A stretch of DNA of 43,013 nucleotides. Origin: Candidatus Lambdaproteobacteria bacterium. Lineage in GTDB: Bacteria > SAR324 > JACQKK01. The stretch's first letter is position 1. Every line of letters begins with the position of its first letter. The notes below the pieces were generated by a model. The model made no database searches. It had not been told where the DNA came from and saw nothing but the letters and a program-made list of their open reading frames with translations. The DNA lies in NCBI GenBank assembly GCA_016199125.1, contig JACQHH010000011.1:1-43013 (forward strand), in the 5' to 3' direction. Position numbers and translations under genes: made by a program. This document shows, piece by piece, positions 17,429 through 27,854 of the stretch.

Positions 17429-18202
17429 TCAGACGATACCCATGGAGCCGCCGTCCACGCGGATGGCCTGGCCCGTGACGAAGCTGGCCGCCTCGGAGAC
17501 CAGAAAGCCGGCCACCTTGGCGATTTCGGCCGGCTCGCCCACGCGGTGCAGCGCCGAGTTGCGCAGGAACTTCTCGGTGTGCGCGGGGGGCATGCGGTTG
17601 GTGACGCGGGTCTTGATCACGCCGGGGCAGATGGCGTTGACGCGGATGCCCCGCGGCCCGGCCTCGGCGGCCAGGGACATGGTGAAGTTGATCAGCGCCG
17701 CCTTGCTCAGCCCGTAGATGCTCATCTGCGGCGAAGGCTCGTAGCCCATCACGGAGGAGATGAAGATGATGCTGCCCGCGCCGCGCTGGTACATGGCGGG
17801 CAGGGCGGCGCGGGTCACGTTGAGCGCCCCCTTCAGCGTGACCTCGATCTCCTGGTCGCACTGCTCGGGCAGGATGTCGTGGAACTGCTTCAGCCCCCAG
17901 CGGGCCAGGGTCAGCGCCGCGGCATTGACCAGGGTGTCCAGGCGCCCCTCGGCGGCGATCAGCTTGTCCAGCACCGCCTTGCACTGGGCCTTGTCGGTCA
18001 CGTCCAGCACGGCGGCGCGGGCGTCGAGGCCCTCGGATTTCAATTGCTCCACGGAACGCTGGGCGGGGGCCAGCTCGCGGTCGGTGACCAGCACGCGATG
18101 GCCGCGTTCGCCCATTTCCCGCGCCAGCGCCAGCCCGATTCCCGGATCGTAGTCCGGCCACCAGCCCGCGCCGGTGACCAATGCGATTGGCTTGTCGCCC
18201 AT
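17429..18202 (-). CDS. short-chain dehydrogenase/reductase (SDR)
   Basis: Starts MGDKPIALVTGAG...; NAAA, ISSVMG, YGLSKAAL, VNAICPG. Only the last 257 codons of the 863-aa track ORF are used. Confidence 0.85.
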   Translation of the reverse strand: MGDKPIALVTGAGWWPDYDPGIGLALAREMGERGHRVLVTDRELAPAQRSVEQLKSEGLDARAAVLDVTDKAQCKAVLDKLIAAEGRLDTLVNAAALTLARWGLKQFHDILPEQCDQEIEVTLKGALNVTRAALPAMYQRGAGSIIFISSVMGYEPSPQMSIYGLSKAALINFTMSLAAEAGPRGIRVNAICPGVIKTRVTNRMPPAHTEKFLRNSALHRVGEPAEIAKVAGFLVSEAASFVTGQAIRVDGGSMGIV

Positions 18203-18580
18203 GAATGCTCCTTGTGATTGGGGGGTCGATCTGTGCGCGTCCGCCTTTGTCATCGCCGGATCAGGTCGGTGCCGCGTGCCTGCGGCGGCCGGTGCATCCT
18301 TGCCGCGCCGGCGGCGCGCCCCCTCCGACACACCACAACGCGCGGCGAAGATCAACTGCCGCGCGACGCCGGTTCCGCTTCGCCCCCCTGCCGGTCCGCG
18401 CCCGGCCGCGGAATGCGGCGGAGCGCCGGCGCGCGGACGCGTCCTCGGGTCGCCGGCGTCGCGCGGCCTCCTGGGCGGGATGGACAAGGGCTTGCATGGC
18501 AGAAGGCATTGACATCGCTTGCGTGCCCGGGCGGATCGATGCCGCGCCGGCGCGACGCGTGGACTTTTCCGCCGAACCCC

Positions 18581-20179
18581 ATGTCCGACCAGACGTTGCC
18601 CAACCCAACTCCCGTCACTCCAGCCAACGCCCCCCGCTCGGTATCGGCCTCCATCCGCGGATGGCTGCTGCCGCTGGCGGTGATCGTCGTGACCAGCCTG
18701 ATGGTGTTCCTGTTCACCAGTGTCGTGGATTTTGCGCTCAGCGTCACGGAGGTGAGCTTCTGGCGCACGCTGTTCCTCAGCGACGGCTCGTCGGTGAGCG
18801 GGGATGTCGGCAACCTGGCCGAGGTGCTGATCGGCGTGTTGGGTCTGACGCTGACCGTGGTGGCCATCGTGGTGCAACTGGCCTCGCAACGCTACACGCC
18901 CAAGCTGATCGACCTGTTCCTGGCGGACCGCGTGACCGTGGTGACGTTCCTGGGCATGGTCTTCGCTTCGGTGTATTGCATCTGGATCATCTATTCCATC
19001 CGCAACCACTACACGCCGGTGTTCGGCAGCCTGGTGCTGATTGCCATCACCACCGTCATGCTGGCCTTGCTGATCCCATACTTCCGCTACGTGTTCCAGT
19101 TCCTCACGCCCACCAACATCCTGGAGACCATCGAGCGCAACTTCATGGCGGCCGTGAAGCAGGCGGGCAGCGCCAACGGCGGCGGGCTGGAACGGCAGAA
19201 GCACGCCGTCATCAACAACATCGAGCAGGTCACGGACATCGCCCTGAGCGCGGTGACCCAGGTGGACCGCAACGTCTCGCTGCTGAGCATCAACACGCTG
19301 GCCAGCATCCTGAGCAGCTACATCGAGGCCAAGCGCGCCCTGCCGGCCACGTGGTACCGGCCGCGCAGCGAGCATTTCATCTCCATTTCCGCCGAATTCT
19401 TCGACGATATTTCCGACCGCCGGGTGTGGGTGGAGGCGCGCGGGCTGATGGACCTGGAGTTGATCTTTACCCAGTCCCTGAAGAACATGCCCGATGCCGT
19501 CAGCGCCATCGCCACCAACACGCGCCAGGTGGCCCTGGCCGCGCTGGCCCACGACGACGACGAGTCGGCCTATCTGTGCATCGAGTACTTCAACACCTTC
19601 CTGCGCCGCGCCATCAACGACAAGAACCAGCGCGCGGTGTTTTCCCTGCTCTACCAGTACCGGCGCATGGCCGAGGCCATGCTGGAACGGCGCCTGAACC
19701 TGGCCGAGGAGATCGCCGGGTTCTTCAAGTACTACGGCAACGAGACCCTGCGCGTGGGCATGCCCTTCCTGATGGTCGTGGCGGCCATGGACATCAGCAC
19801 GCTGCTGCAGCGCGGCTACGCCCTGGGCGTCTCGCCCCTGGAGCCCATCCTGGAAAACTTTCTGCAAATGGGGCACCTGCCCGAGCTGGAAAAGGTGGGC
19901 TTCGCCCACAAGGGGGTGACCAAGGCGCACATGATCCTGGCCACGCACCTGCTGGCCCAGGACGGCGATTCGCCCACCCTGCACCGCATCCGCGACAGCC
20001 TGCTGCGCCATTCCCAGCAATGGCTGCGCGAAACGCGCGACGAGCTGCTGGGCGTGACCAAGCAGAAGTTCTGGGAGATCACCGACCGCGGCGGCATCAA
20101 CTTCGAGTACCTGGAGCCGGAAATGAAAACGTGGCTCAACCGCTTCTGCGACGACTACCTCACGACAGCCTCCGCCTGA
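18581..20179 (+). CDS. membrane protein, DUF2254-like (N-terminal 4-TM region plus large soluble domain)
   Basis: Start MSDQTLPN chosen as the first ATG before the TM region. VVQLASQRYTPKLIDLF resembles the DUF2254 signature. The family name is recalled from memory. Confidence 0.6.
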   Translation: MSDQTLPNPTPVTPANAPRSVSASIRGWLLPLAVIVVTSLMVFLFTSVVDFALSVTEVSFWRTLFLSDGSSVSGDVGNLAEVLIGVLGLTLTVVAIVVQLASQRYTPKLIDLFLADRVTVVTFLGMVFASVYCIWIIYSIRNHYTPVFGSLVLIAITTVMLALLIPYFRYVFQFLTPTNILETIERNFMAAVKQAGSANGGGLERQKHAVINNIEQVTDIALSAVTQVDRNVSLLSINTLASILSSYIEAKRALPATWYRPRSEHFISISAEFFDDISDRRVWVEARGLMDLELIFTQSLKNMPDAVSAIATNTRQVALAALAHDDDESAYLCIEYFNTFLRRAINDKNQRAVFSLLYQYRRMAEAMLERRLNLAEEIAGFFKYYGNETLRVGMPFLMVVAAMDISTLLQRGYALGVSPLEPILENFLQMGHLPELEKVGFAHKGVTKAHMILATHLLAQDGDSPTLHRIRDSLLRHSQQWLRETRDELLGVTKQKFWEITDRGGINFEYLEPEMKTWLNRFCDDYLTTASA

Positions 20180-20270
20180 GCCGCGCTGCGCATCGCACCG
20201 GCGGCGTCCGCTGCCGCCGCCCCAAGGCTCGGCCGCATGCCGTCCCGCCGGTTCGGCAACGCGCCGCGCG

Positions 20271-20300
20271 TTGACATTTTCCGTCCCCCCTTCTTAAGCT
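20271..20300 (+). promoter_or_regulatory. candidate sigma70-type promoter for the quinone oxidoreductase gene
   Basis: Perfect TTGACA at 20271-20276, an 18-nt spacer, then TAAGCT. About 45 nt upstream of ATG 20347. Confidence 0.3.
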
Positions 20301-20346
20301 TGCCCGTTCGCCGCACCATCCAGACCAACCATCCGTGGAGGGCCGC

Positions 20347-21330
20347 ATGTTCCGGGCCATGCTGTGCAAGGACTACTCGGGTCCTCAGGGCCTGGCGCTG
20401 GGCGAACTGCCGCGGGAGCCGCTGGGGGACGACGACGTGCGCGTGGCGGTGCACGTGGCCGGCGTGGGCTTTGCCGACATCCTGGTCACTCAGGGCCAGT
20501 ACCAGCTCAAGCCGCCTACGCCCTTCGCTCCCGGCGGCGAATGTGCCGGGGAGGTGCTGGACGTGGGCCCCGCCGTGAAGTACGTGGCGCCGGGCGACCG
20601 CGTCATGTGCGGCCGCGCGGTGGGCGCCTTCGCCGAGGAAATCGTGGTGCAGGAGAAGCACGTCACGCGCCTGCCGGACGGCGTGGCGTACACCCAGGCT
20701 GCGGCGCTGCGCTCGGCCTACGGCACGGGCTATTACGCGCTGCAGCACCGCGGGCACCTGCAGCCCGGCGAGGTGCTGCTGGTACACGCGGCCGCCGGGG
20801 CCGTGGGTCTGGCGGCGGTGGACCTGGGGCGCATGATGGGCGCCAGGGTCATCGGCACGGTGGGCAGCGACGAGAAGGCGGCCGCGGTGCGCGCGGCGGG
20901 CGTGGAGCACGTCATCAATTATCGCCGCACGCCCCGGCTGCGCGACGAGGTCAAGGCCCTCACCGCAGACCGCGGCGCCGACGTGATCTACGACCCGGTG
21001 GGGGGCGACCTGTTCGACGAGTCCCTGCGCTGCATCGCCTGGGGCGGGCGCCTGCTGGTGATCGGCTTCGCCTCGGGGCGCATCCCCAGCGCACCGGCCA
21101 ACCTGGCCCTGGTGAAGAACATGTCCATCGTGGGTGTGTACTTCGGCTCCTGGGTGGATCACGAGCCGCTGCGCCTGCGGGCGCACTACGAGCAGATCCT
21201 GCAGTGGTGCGCCGCGGGCCGCATCACACCCCACATCTCCAGCGTGCGGCCCCTGGAGCAGGCCGGGCAGGCCCTGCTGGACCTGGCCGCGCGGCAGGTG
21301 GTGGGCAAGGTGGTGCTCCAGGTGCGCTGA
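20347..21330 (+). CDS. NADPH:quinone oxidoreductase (zeta-crystallin-like MDR)
   Basis: GGAGGG RBS. MFRAMLCKDYSGPQGL..., GFADILVTQGQYQ, VHAAAGAVGLAAVDLGR. Confidence 0.85.
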   Translation: MFRAMLCKDYSGPQGLALGELPREPLGDDDVRVAVHVAGVGFADILVTQGQYQLKPPTPFAPGGECAGEVLDVGPAVKYVAPGDRVMCGRAVGAFAEEIVVQEKHVTRLPDGVAYTQAAALRSAYGTGYYALQHRGHLQPGEVLLVHAAAGAVGLAAVDLGRMMGARVIGTVGSDEKAAAVRAAGVEHVINYRRTPRLRDEVKALTADRGADVIYDPVGGDLFDESLRCIAWGGRLLVIGFASGRIPSAPANLALVKNMSIVGVYFGSWVDHEPLRLRAHYEQILQWCAAGRITPHISSVRPLEQAGQALLDLAARQVVGKVVLQVR

Positions 21331-21454
21331 GCAACCCTCCGGCGGCGGCACTCGGCGCACAGGCCTGCCCCGATGCTCCGCTGGCGGATAGGTCCGCCCG
21401 CGCATGCCCCTCGGCGGGAGGGCAGTGCAGGGCGCCATCCGCCCGGCGGCGGCC

Positions 21455-21631
21455 CTAGCGCGACAGCGCCGCCGGCAACACGGGCACGGCCTGCTGCGGC
21501 AGCGCATAGTCCCGCTTGGGCATGTCGCGGCGGGGCGGAGGATCGTGATAGGGCCCGCGCGAGGGGCAGCCCGTCAGCAGCAGCACCGCGCCCAGCAGCC
21601 CCAGGCCGATCATCCAGCGTTTTGGTCGCAT
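21455..21631 (-). CDS. small lipoprotein (58 aa), Pro-rich
   Basis: MRPKRWMIGLGLLGAVLLLTGC has a lipobox L-T-G-C. Lies downstream of the chemoreceptor gene on the same strand. Confidence 0.5.
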   Translation of the reverse strand: MRPKRWMIGLGLLGAVLLLTGCPSRGPYHDPPPRRDMPKRDYALPQQAVPVLPAALSR

Positions 21632-21787
21632 GATGTTGCTCCTGAGTGGAATCGAGGTGGACTCGGGCAAGCGGCCGTCCCGCCCAGACCTGGATCAGAG
21701 GCATCTCCATCCCGGGTGGAGCCTGCCCGGCCGGAGAGAAACCGTGTCCGCTCCGGCTGCACGTTGCCGGAAGAGGGGCCGCTGAGT

Positions 21788-23830
21788 TCAGGTCAGGCGG
21801 CGCTTGGCCTGCCCATCATCGCCCTGTGCCGAGGGCAGCACCAATTCCGACGAATTGGTGGCCAGACGTCGGGTACCGGCGCCGTTATCGTAGGTCACCC
21901 CGGTCAGCTTGGCGAGGCTCTCCACCATGCGCGCCAACTCATCGGATTGACCGGCCAACTGCTCGCTGGTCGCGGCCACTTCTTCGGAATTGGCGGCACT
22001 GCCCTGCGTCATGCTGTCCATCTGGGTTACTGCGGTGTTGACCTGGCTGATGCCCCGCGATTGCTCACCGGTCGCCGTGGCTACCTCGTCCACCAGTCCC
22101 ACCACTTTTTGAATGGCCCCGTGGATTTTGCCCAGCAGGCCTTCCACTTCCGTGGCCGTGACCACGCTGGTATCGGCCTTCGCCTTGGAGGACTCGATGA
22201 GCTGGCTGGTGGTGCGGGCGGCTTCGGCGCTGCGCGAGGCCAGGTTGCGTACCTCCTCGGCCACCACGGCGAAGCCCTTGCCCGCATCGCCCGCCCGTGC
22301 GGCCTCCACGGCGGCGTTGAGCGCCAGCAGGTTGGTCTGGAAGGCAATCTCGTCGATGGTCTTGATGATCTTGCCGGTTTCGTTGGACGAGCTTTTGACC
22401 TCGTTGATCGCCCGTACCATGCGCGCGATGGACTGCGTACCGTCCTCCACGTACCGATACGCCTCCTGGGTCAAGTCGTTGGCCAGCTTGCTGTTGGCGG
22501 CGTTCTGCTGCGTCATGGCCGAAATTTCTTCCATGGTGGAGGAGGTTTCCTGCAACGTGGCCGCCTGCTGCGACGACGCAGAGGCCAGCGCCTGGCTGGA
22601 GGAGGTCAGTTGATCGGCGGCGCTGGCCACCTGCTCGGAAGCGGCGGACATGCCGTGAATGACCTGGCGTAACGGCTGAATCACCGAATTGGTGAGCAGG
22701 CGGGCGATGAACGGCACCAGCAGGAGCAACAGCACCACGCCGGCCAGGCCGGTTCCCCCTAGAATCCAATCCAGCCGGTCGATGGCGGCGAAGGCCTCCG
22801 CCGTGTCGATTTCCGCCAGGAACGCCCAACGCACGCCAAAGACGTCCAGCGGCTGATACGCGCTGAGCACCGAACTGCCGTTGTAATTGACGATGACCCC
22901 GCTGTCCGTCTTCCCCGCCAGCGCCGCCTCGACGGCGGTCGTTTGCGCCCTGCCGGCCTGCGGATTCTTGAAGGAGGCCGCCAACGCATGGTTGACCGGG
23001 TCCCGGTGCGCGTCGGAGCGCATGAGGTGATCCGGCCCTACCAGGTAAGTCTCGCCGGTTTTGCCCAGGCCCGTGCGCTCGGACATGATCGCATTGATGC
23101 GGTCCAGAGGAAGCTGGAAAATCAGCACGCCCTGCAATTCGTTGCCCATGTAGATCGGGGCGCCCACGAACGCAGCCGGCGCATCATCGGCCGGCCCATA
23201 GGGCTGCACGTCGGCAAAGATCACGGCGTCGTGGCGCTTGGCGTTGCGCGCCGTCTCGTAGACGCGGCCGATGTTTTCCTTGGCGTAAGGGCCATCGACC
23301 AGGCTGGTGCCGAAGTCCACTTTCTTGGAAACCGAGTAGACAATGTCGCCGCTGGTCGCATGCACCAGATAGATGTCGTAGAAGCCGAACTTGTCTTTGA
23401 AGCTGCGAATGGAGGGGTGGCGCCCGCCATGCGCTTGGGCATAGAGGCTGTCCCCCTCGACTGTAGTCAACTTGGCCCGTTCGCCAGCCGGAAAGGAATT
23501 GTTCGTGATGTAAAGCTCCTGCAGGCGGGTTTTTGCACGCTCGGACCGGCCCTCGCCCAGTTCCATGAAGGCCCAACTGAAATCCTGCATCGCCTGCAGA
23601 ATGGTCTGGTCTTCCGACATGTAAACCACTTGATTTTTGATGGTCTCGATGTACTCCGCGATTTGCCGGCTCTTGACGTCACGCAGCGACATGAGCTGAT
23701 TGAACGCCTGATTTCTCAATGCACCGGATGCGTAATAGCGATTGATCATGCCGCTGATCAGCAGTGGCAGAATCCCCACCAGCAGGAACAGAATCAGCAG
23801 CTTGGTGCCTAATTTCACGGCGGGCTCCAT
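21788..23830 (-). CDS. methyl-accepting chemotaxis protein with periplasmic Cache-type sensor domain
   Basis: 680 aa. N-terminal TM, ~280-aa periplasmic domain, second TM, HAMP, then the highly conserved signalling hairpin ...[43 protein letters not shown]... Confidence 0.9.
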   Translation of the reverse strand: MEPAVKLGTKLLILFLLVGILPLLISGMINRYYASGALRNQAFNQLMSLRDVKSRQIAEYIETIKNQVVYMSEDQTILQAMQDFSWAFMELGEGRSERAKTRLQELYITNNSFPAGERAKLTTVEGDSLYAQAHGGRHPSIRSFKDKFGFYDIYLVHATSGDIVYSVSKKVDFGTSLVDGPYAKENIGRVYETARNAKRHDAVIFADVQPYGPADDAPAAFVGAPIYMGNELQGVLIFQLPLDRINAIMSERTGLGKTGETYLVGPDHLMRSDAHRDPVNHALAASFKNPQAGRAQTTAVEAALAGKTDSGVIVNYNGSSVLSAYQPLDVFGVRWAFLAEIDTAEAFAAIDRLDWILGGTGLAGVVLLLLLVPFIARLLTNSVIQPLRQVIHGMSAASEQVASAADQLTSSSQALASASSQQAATLQETSSTMEEISAMTQQNAANSKLANDLTQEAYRYVEDGTQSIARMVRAINEVKSSSNETGKIIKTIDEIAFQTNLLALNAAVEAARAGDAGKGFAVVAEEVRNLASRSAEAARTTSQLIESSKAKADTSVVTATEVEGLLGKIHGAIQKVVGLVDEVATATGEQSRGISQVNTAVTQMDSMTQGSAANSEEVAATSEQLAGQSDELARMVESLAKLTGVTYDNGAGTRRLATNSSELVLPSAQGDDGQAKRRLT

Positions 23831-23919
23831 ATTGTTCGGTCTGAAATGCGACCGTTCGGAACGGCGAAGGTGAGCACCGGATTCGCCGCGGCGACCCGAG
23901 AATTCTCATGCTACATAAC

Positions 23920-23940
23920 GAACCAAATTGCCGTTGGTTC
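23920..23940. promoter_or_regulatory. 7-bp perfect palindrome GAACCAA-N7-TTGGTTC upstream of the chemoreceptor gene; candidate operator
   Basis: Read directly from the sequence. Sits in a locally AT-richer stretch ~90 nt upstream of the MCP start codon. Confidence 0.3.
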
Positions 23941-24028
23941 CCTTGATTTGCGTAGCCGTGCGGATGCCGCAACCCGACACCGTTCCGCAACGCGGGTGGA
24001 TGGAGCCGCGGCAGCGGACACTGCGCGA

Positions 24029-24074
24029 GGGATGGCCCGGTGCGCCGTCACCACGGGGATGGCCCGGTGCGCCG
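24029..24074. repeat. 19-nt perfect direct repeat GGGATGGCCCGGTGCGCCG x2 (24029-24047 and 24056-24074)
   Basis: Position-by-position comparison. Located 7 nt beyond the carboxyltransferase stop and upstream of the MCP gene. Confidence 0.6.
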
Positions 24075-24080
24075 CTGGGT

Positions 24081-25742
24081 TCAGAACCCGGTGGGCCAGT
24101 TGGCCAGGTGGCGCGCGCTGCGGCCGCGCTGGCCGTCGGCACCCCGTGCGCGCTGCAACGCCGCGATCAGCTCCGCCCGCGTCTCGCGGGGATCGACGAT
24201 CGTGTCCACCTCGTGAATCTCCGCCGCCTCCCAGGGCTGGTTGGCCGTGTTGATCACCTCCAGGTAGCGCGCGCGGTCGGCCTCGGGGTCGGTGGACTCC
24301 TGCAGCTTGGTGCCGAAGACCACGCTCACCGCGCCGTCGGGAGCCATGAAGGATACATCCGCCGTGGGCCAGGCGATGAGCATGTCGGCGCTCATGCCCG
24401 CCCCGATCATGTTGCGGTGCGCGATGCCGTAGGACTTGCGCACGATCACGCCGATGCGCGGCACGGTGCTCTGATGCCAGGCGTCCAGGTAGGTCATGAT
24501 CTTCAGCGGCAGCTTGCGCTCCTCGGCGGCCTTGCTCACGTAGAAGCCCGGCGTATCGTGAAAGGTCACCATGGGGATGTGGTAGGAGTCGCACAGGCAG
24601 ATGAACGAGGTGGCCTTTTCGCAGGCCGCCGGGCCCATGGCCCCCGCATGATGCATGGAATTGTTGGCCAGGATGCCCACCGTGTGCCCGTCCAGCCGCG
24701 CCAGGGCGGTGATCAGGCTACGGTCGTAGAGCGGCTTGAGCTCCAGCACGCCGCCGTCGTCGAAGACCACGTCCAGCACCTTGTGCATGTCGAAGGCCAC
24801 CCGGCCGGAGGCGGGCAGGATCTTCAGCAGATCCTCCTGCGGGCGCCGGGGCGCCCGGGCCGGGTCCACCACGGGCGGCAGCTCGCCGGCGTTGGAGGGC
24901 AGATAGCCCAGCACCTGCCGCACCAGCGCGAAGCAGTGCGCCTCGTCCTCGGCGAAGAGGTCCACCTGCCCGGTCGTGCGGGCGTGCACTTCCCAGCCGC
25001 CCAGCTCCTCCTTGGAGACGCGCTCGCCGGTGGCATCGCCCAGGATGCGCGGGCCGGCCACGGCCATCACGCAGCCCTTGACCATCACCACTACGTCCGC
25101 CCGCGCGGCGGTCCAGCTCGGGTCGCCGTAGCAGTCGCCCAGGATGCAGGCCACCACGGGCACCTGGCGCCGCCGCGGCTGGCCGTAGTTGACGCGGGCC
25201 ATGCGCATCATGTTGGCCGACCCCATGTTGTCCGGCATGCGCACGCCCGCCGCGTCGCCCAGGTTGACCACGGGATAGCCCTTGCGGATGGCGTATTCCA
25301 CGTGCTGCTTGACCTTGAGCATGGCCAGCCGCCCGCCCGCGCCGGCCAGCACCGTGGCGTCATCGGCGGTGAGGAACACGCGTCGCCCCTCGATGAGCCC
25401 ATCCCCGCAGATCTTGCCCTCCGCCGGCGTCTTGGGGCGCATCTCGGGCAGCTCGCTACGGGCGAGCGGGGCGTACTCGTGGAAGGTGTCCACATCGAGC
25501 AGGCGCGCGATGCGCTCGCGGGCGGTGAGCCTTCCCCTGGCATGCTGCTTGGCGATCTTCTCCGCCCCGCCCATCTCCAGCGCCTCGGCGCGCTTTGCAG
25601 CCAGCGTGCGCAGGCCGTGGGGATCGTCCTGCAGGGTGGGCGCCGGGCCGCCCGCAGCGGCTGCGCCGGGGGTCGCCGACGAAGTCGCGGGGGGAGGCGT
25701 GGACTCGCGGTGCGAATTGGGGATGGGCTTGCGTTCGGTCAT
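24081..25742 (-). CDS. acyl-CoA carboxylase carboxyltransferase subunit (propionyl-CoA carboxylase beta / methylmalonyl-CoA decarboxylase alpha family)
   Basis: Starts MTERKP...; GRLTARERIARLLD, two crotonase-like CT halves, ARLDGHTVGILANN, PMVTFHDTPGF. Has a Pro/Ala-rich N-terminal extension. Confidence 0.9.
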   Translation of the reverse strand: MTERKPIPNSHRESTPPPATSSATPGAAAAGGPAPTLQDDPHGLRTLAAKRAEALEMGGAEKIAKQHARGRLTARERIARLLDVDTFHEYAPLARSELPEMRPKTPAEGKICGDGLIEGRRVFLTADDATVLAGAGGRLAMLKVKQHVEYAIRKGYPVVNLGDAAGVRMPDNMGSANMMRMARVNYGQPRRRQVPVVACILGDCYGDPSWTAARADVVVMVKGCVMAVAGPRILGDATGERVSKEELGGWEVHARTTGQVDLFAEDEAHCFALVRQVLGYLPSNAGELPPVVDPARAPRRPQEDLLKILPASGRVAFDMHKVLDVVFDDGGVLELKPLYDRSLITALARLDGHTVGILANNSMHHAGAMGPAACEKATSFICLCDSYHIPMVTFHDTPGFYVSKAAEERKLPLKIMTYLDAWHQSTVPRIGVIVRKSYGIAHRNMIGAGMSADMLIAWPTADVSFMAPDGAVSVVFGTKLQESTDPEADRARYLEVINTANQPWEAAEIHEVDTIVDPRETRAELIAALQRARGADGQRGRSARHLANWPTGF

Positions 25743-25938
25743 GGGGGGAGCTCCAGGAGGCGCAACGGCCGGAACAGGGCGGCCGGCATGGCGCCGCGCC
25801 CCCTCCCCCCGGTCGGGCGGGCCGGCGCCCCCGCCGTGCCTGTACGGCCACCGCGGCCGGTCGGACACGCCGCGCGGCCGTTGCGGCGGGGCGTGCTCCA
25901 TGTACCGCATACCTGGAATCAGGCGCGCCGTGCAAGGC

Positions 25939-27036
25939 TCAGGCGGTCCTGGCGAACTCCGGCGTCGGCACCTGCACCTGCTTGAGCAGGGGCATCACCT
26001 CCCGGGCGAAGCAGGTCATGTTGCGCTCCGCCTCGCTCCAGGGCATGCCCGAGTAGCTGAGGATGGCCATGAACCCGTTATGGCCGATCAGCTTGTGCTG
26101 ATACATGATCTTCTCGTAGACCTGCTCCGGTGTGCCGAAGGGCATCAGGTCGGTGAGGAAATTGACCACGCCGTCGATGCCCAGCTCGGCCACCTTGTCC
26201 TGGAAGCCCTTGCCGTAGAACTCGTAGCCCTTCACGTTGCGCAGGTGGTCCTTGTTGAACTCGTAGTGCTTGATCACCGAGCGGTAGTAGTCGCCGATGT
26301 ACTTGCGGCCCAGCTCCTGGGCGCGGCCCTCGTCCTGGTCCACGAATGTCCAGCCGGCCACCAGCGGCGGCGGGGCATCGACCCCGTTGGCTGCGCGGAA
26401 GAACGTGTTGTAGTTGACGATGTCCTTCTCCACGGTCTTCCAGGGCTTCTGCGGAACGACCAGGATACCCACGCCCAGCTTGGCCATCAGCGGCAGGGAT
26501 TCGGGCGAGACGGCGGCGGCGTAGGTGCGGCCGCGGAAGCTCTTGAAGGGCGCCGGGCGGATGTCGCGCCGGGGCTGCTTGACATACTGGCCGTCGTGCT
26601 CCACGTAGCCGCGCTCCAGGCCCTCCAGCACCATCTGCGCATATTCCACGAAGGTCTCGCGGGACTCGTTCATGTCCAGGCGGAAGCCGTCGAATTCCAC
26701 CCGCCCCACGCCGCGGCCGATGCCCAGGATCATGCGCCCGCCGGAGAGATTGTCCAGCATGGACACCTGCTCGGCCACGCGCACGGGATCGTGCCAGGGC
26801 AGCACCACCACCATGGAGCCCAGCTTGATGGTCCTGGTGCGGCCGGCCATGTAGCTGAGGAACTGCACCACATCCGGGCACATGGTGTAGTCGGTGAAGT
26901 GATGCTCCACGGACCACACGGATTCGAAGCCCAGCGGCTCCGCCATGCAGGCCAGGCGCAGCTCGTTTTCGTACACCTCGCGGTCCGGGAGCCGACGCTC
27001 CGGGTTCTGGAAAATCGCGGAATAGCCTACGTGCAT
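25939..27036 (-). CDS. LLM-class flavin-dependent monooxygenase (bacterial luciferase family)
   Basis: Starts MHVGYSAIFQN...; LGFESVWSVEHHFTDY, KLGSMVVVLPWHDPVRVAEQVSMLDNLSGGRMILGIGRG. AGGGGGG RBS. Confidence 0.9.
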   Translation of the reverse strand: MHVGYSAIFQNPERRLPDREVYENELRLACMAEPLGFESVWSVEHHFTDYTMCPDVVQFLSYMAGRTRTIKLGSMVVVLPWHDPVRVAEQVSMLDNLSGGRMILGIGRGVGRVEFDGFRLDMNESRETFVEYAQMVLEGLERGYVEHDGQYVKQPRRDIRPAPFKSFRGRTYAAAVSPESLPLMAKLGVGILVVPQKPWKTVEKDIVNYNTFFRAANGVDAPPPLVAGWTFVDQDEGRAQELGRKYIGDYYRSVIKHYEFNKDHLRNVKGYEFYGKGFQDKVAELGIDGVVNFLTDLMPFGTPEQVYEKIMYQHKLIGHNGFMAILSYSGMPWSEAERNMTCFAREVMPLLKQVQVPTPEFARTA

Positions 27037-27082
27037 GGAACTGCCCCCCTGAGGCGATGAACTGGGCACTGCTGGAACGTGC

Positions 27083-27098
27083 GCGGGGCGGCCGGGCG
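27083..27098. repeat. left copy of the direct repeat GCGGGGCGGCC(-)GGGCG flanking the low-GC island; part of a GC hairpin at 27087-27108
   Basis: Compared base by base with 27855-27871: 11/11 identical, then a 1-nt indel, then 5/5 identical. Confidence 0.5.
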
Positions 27099-27218
27099 TC
27101 GGGCCGCCTGATGGATGATTGGATAAAGGTTTTCGATATCACGAATTACCGGCCCCGTTAAGACTTATTGCGGAAGTATGTACTTGACCGAAGAATTGGC
27201 CGGTCCTAGCGTCCAAAC

Positions 27219-27776
27219 ATGCAACTACCGGACGGAAAGACGGGTGAATTTGTTGTTGGCGTTGCTGCGAGCCTCTTCGCGGCAATGATAATCATGATTT
27301 TCCGATTGTTCACGATGTTGACACTTCCAGACACAATCCTGTTGCTGGTGATCGGAGTCCCTGCGTGCTTCTTTTTCATATTATTAGGGATGAATCAGTA
27401 TCGGAATTGGGCGAGCGGCAGACACGCTAAGCAAGCGATCGAAGATGCGTCAGTCGGTTCGAGGCCCGAGCAGCGCGTGGTTGACCAACTAGCGCGATTA
27501 CGGTCTGACGCAATTCACGATCTTCTAAATCGCCTGGTGGGAAGTGAAGAAGAGTTGCGGCGCTTTGTGGCCGATCATGAAGAATGGCGGCAGCGCGTGC
27601 TTGCGTTATTGCGAGAAAATTTTGCGGAAGCAATCATTCTAACTTTTGATCGCCTTGGCTCTGTGCCAGTCCGCCGATTTGGACATGCCTACAACCCGTT
27701 CCACTCTCATCAGTTGGACATGCTGTCCCTCCGACTCGAAATTATCCAAAGGATCGTAGATCGTTATTCAGCCTGA
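27219..27776 (+). CDS. orphan membrane protein (two N-terminal TM helices plus helical cytoplasmic domain), function unknown
   Basis: The only sizeable ORF in a ~48% GC island (hand count of 27241-27420). Hydrophobic spans VVGVAASLFAAMIIMIF and ILLLVIGVPACFFFILLG. I recognise no family. Confidence 0.55.
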   Translation: MQLPDGKTGEFVVGVAASLFAAMIIMIFRLFTMLTLPDTILLLVIGVPACFFFILLGMNQYRNWASGRHAKQAIEDASVGSRPEQRVVDQLARLRSDAIHDLLNRLVGSEEELRRFVADHEEWRQRVLALLRENFAEAIILTFDRLGSVPVRRFGHAYNPFHSHQLDMLSLRLEIIQRIVDRYSA

Positions 27777-27854
27777 TCTTCTCGGTGTGGGGCCATCCCT
27801 CCTTCTGCCTCTTTTTTCAACGCCTTCTCAACAGCAGATGGCCAATCGGACATT

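Noticed and set aside
17429-20020. 863-aa minus-strand ORF.
   Set aside because: Only 17429..18202 encodes the SDR. The rest is antisense to the DUF2254-like gene.
23846-24253. 135-aa plus-strand ORF containing GWPGAP twice.
   Set aside because: The peptide repeat is simply the translation of the 19-nt DNA direct repeat in an intergenic region. There is no RBS and no coding signal.
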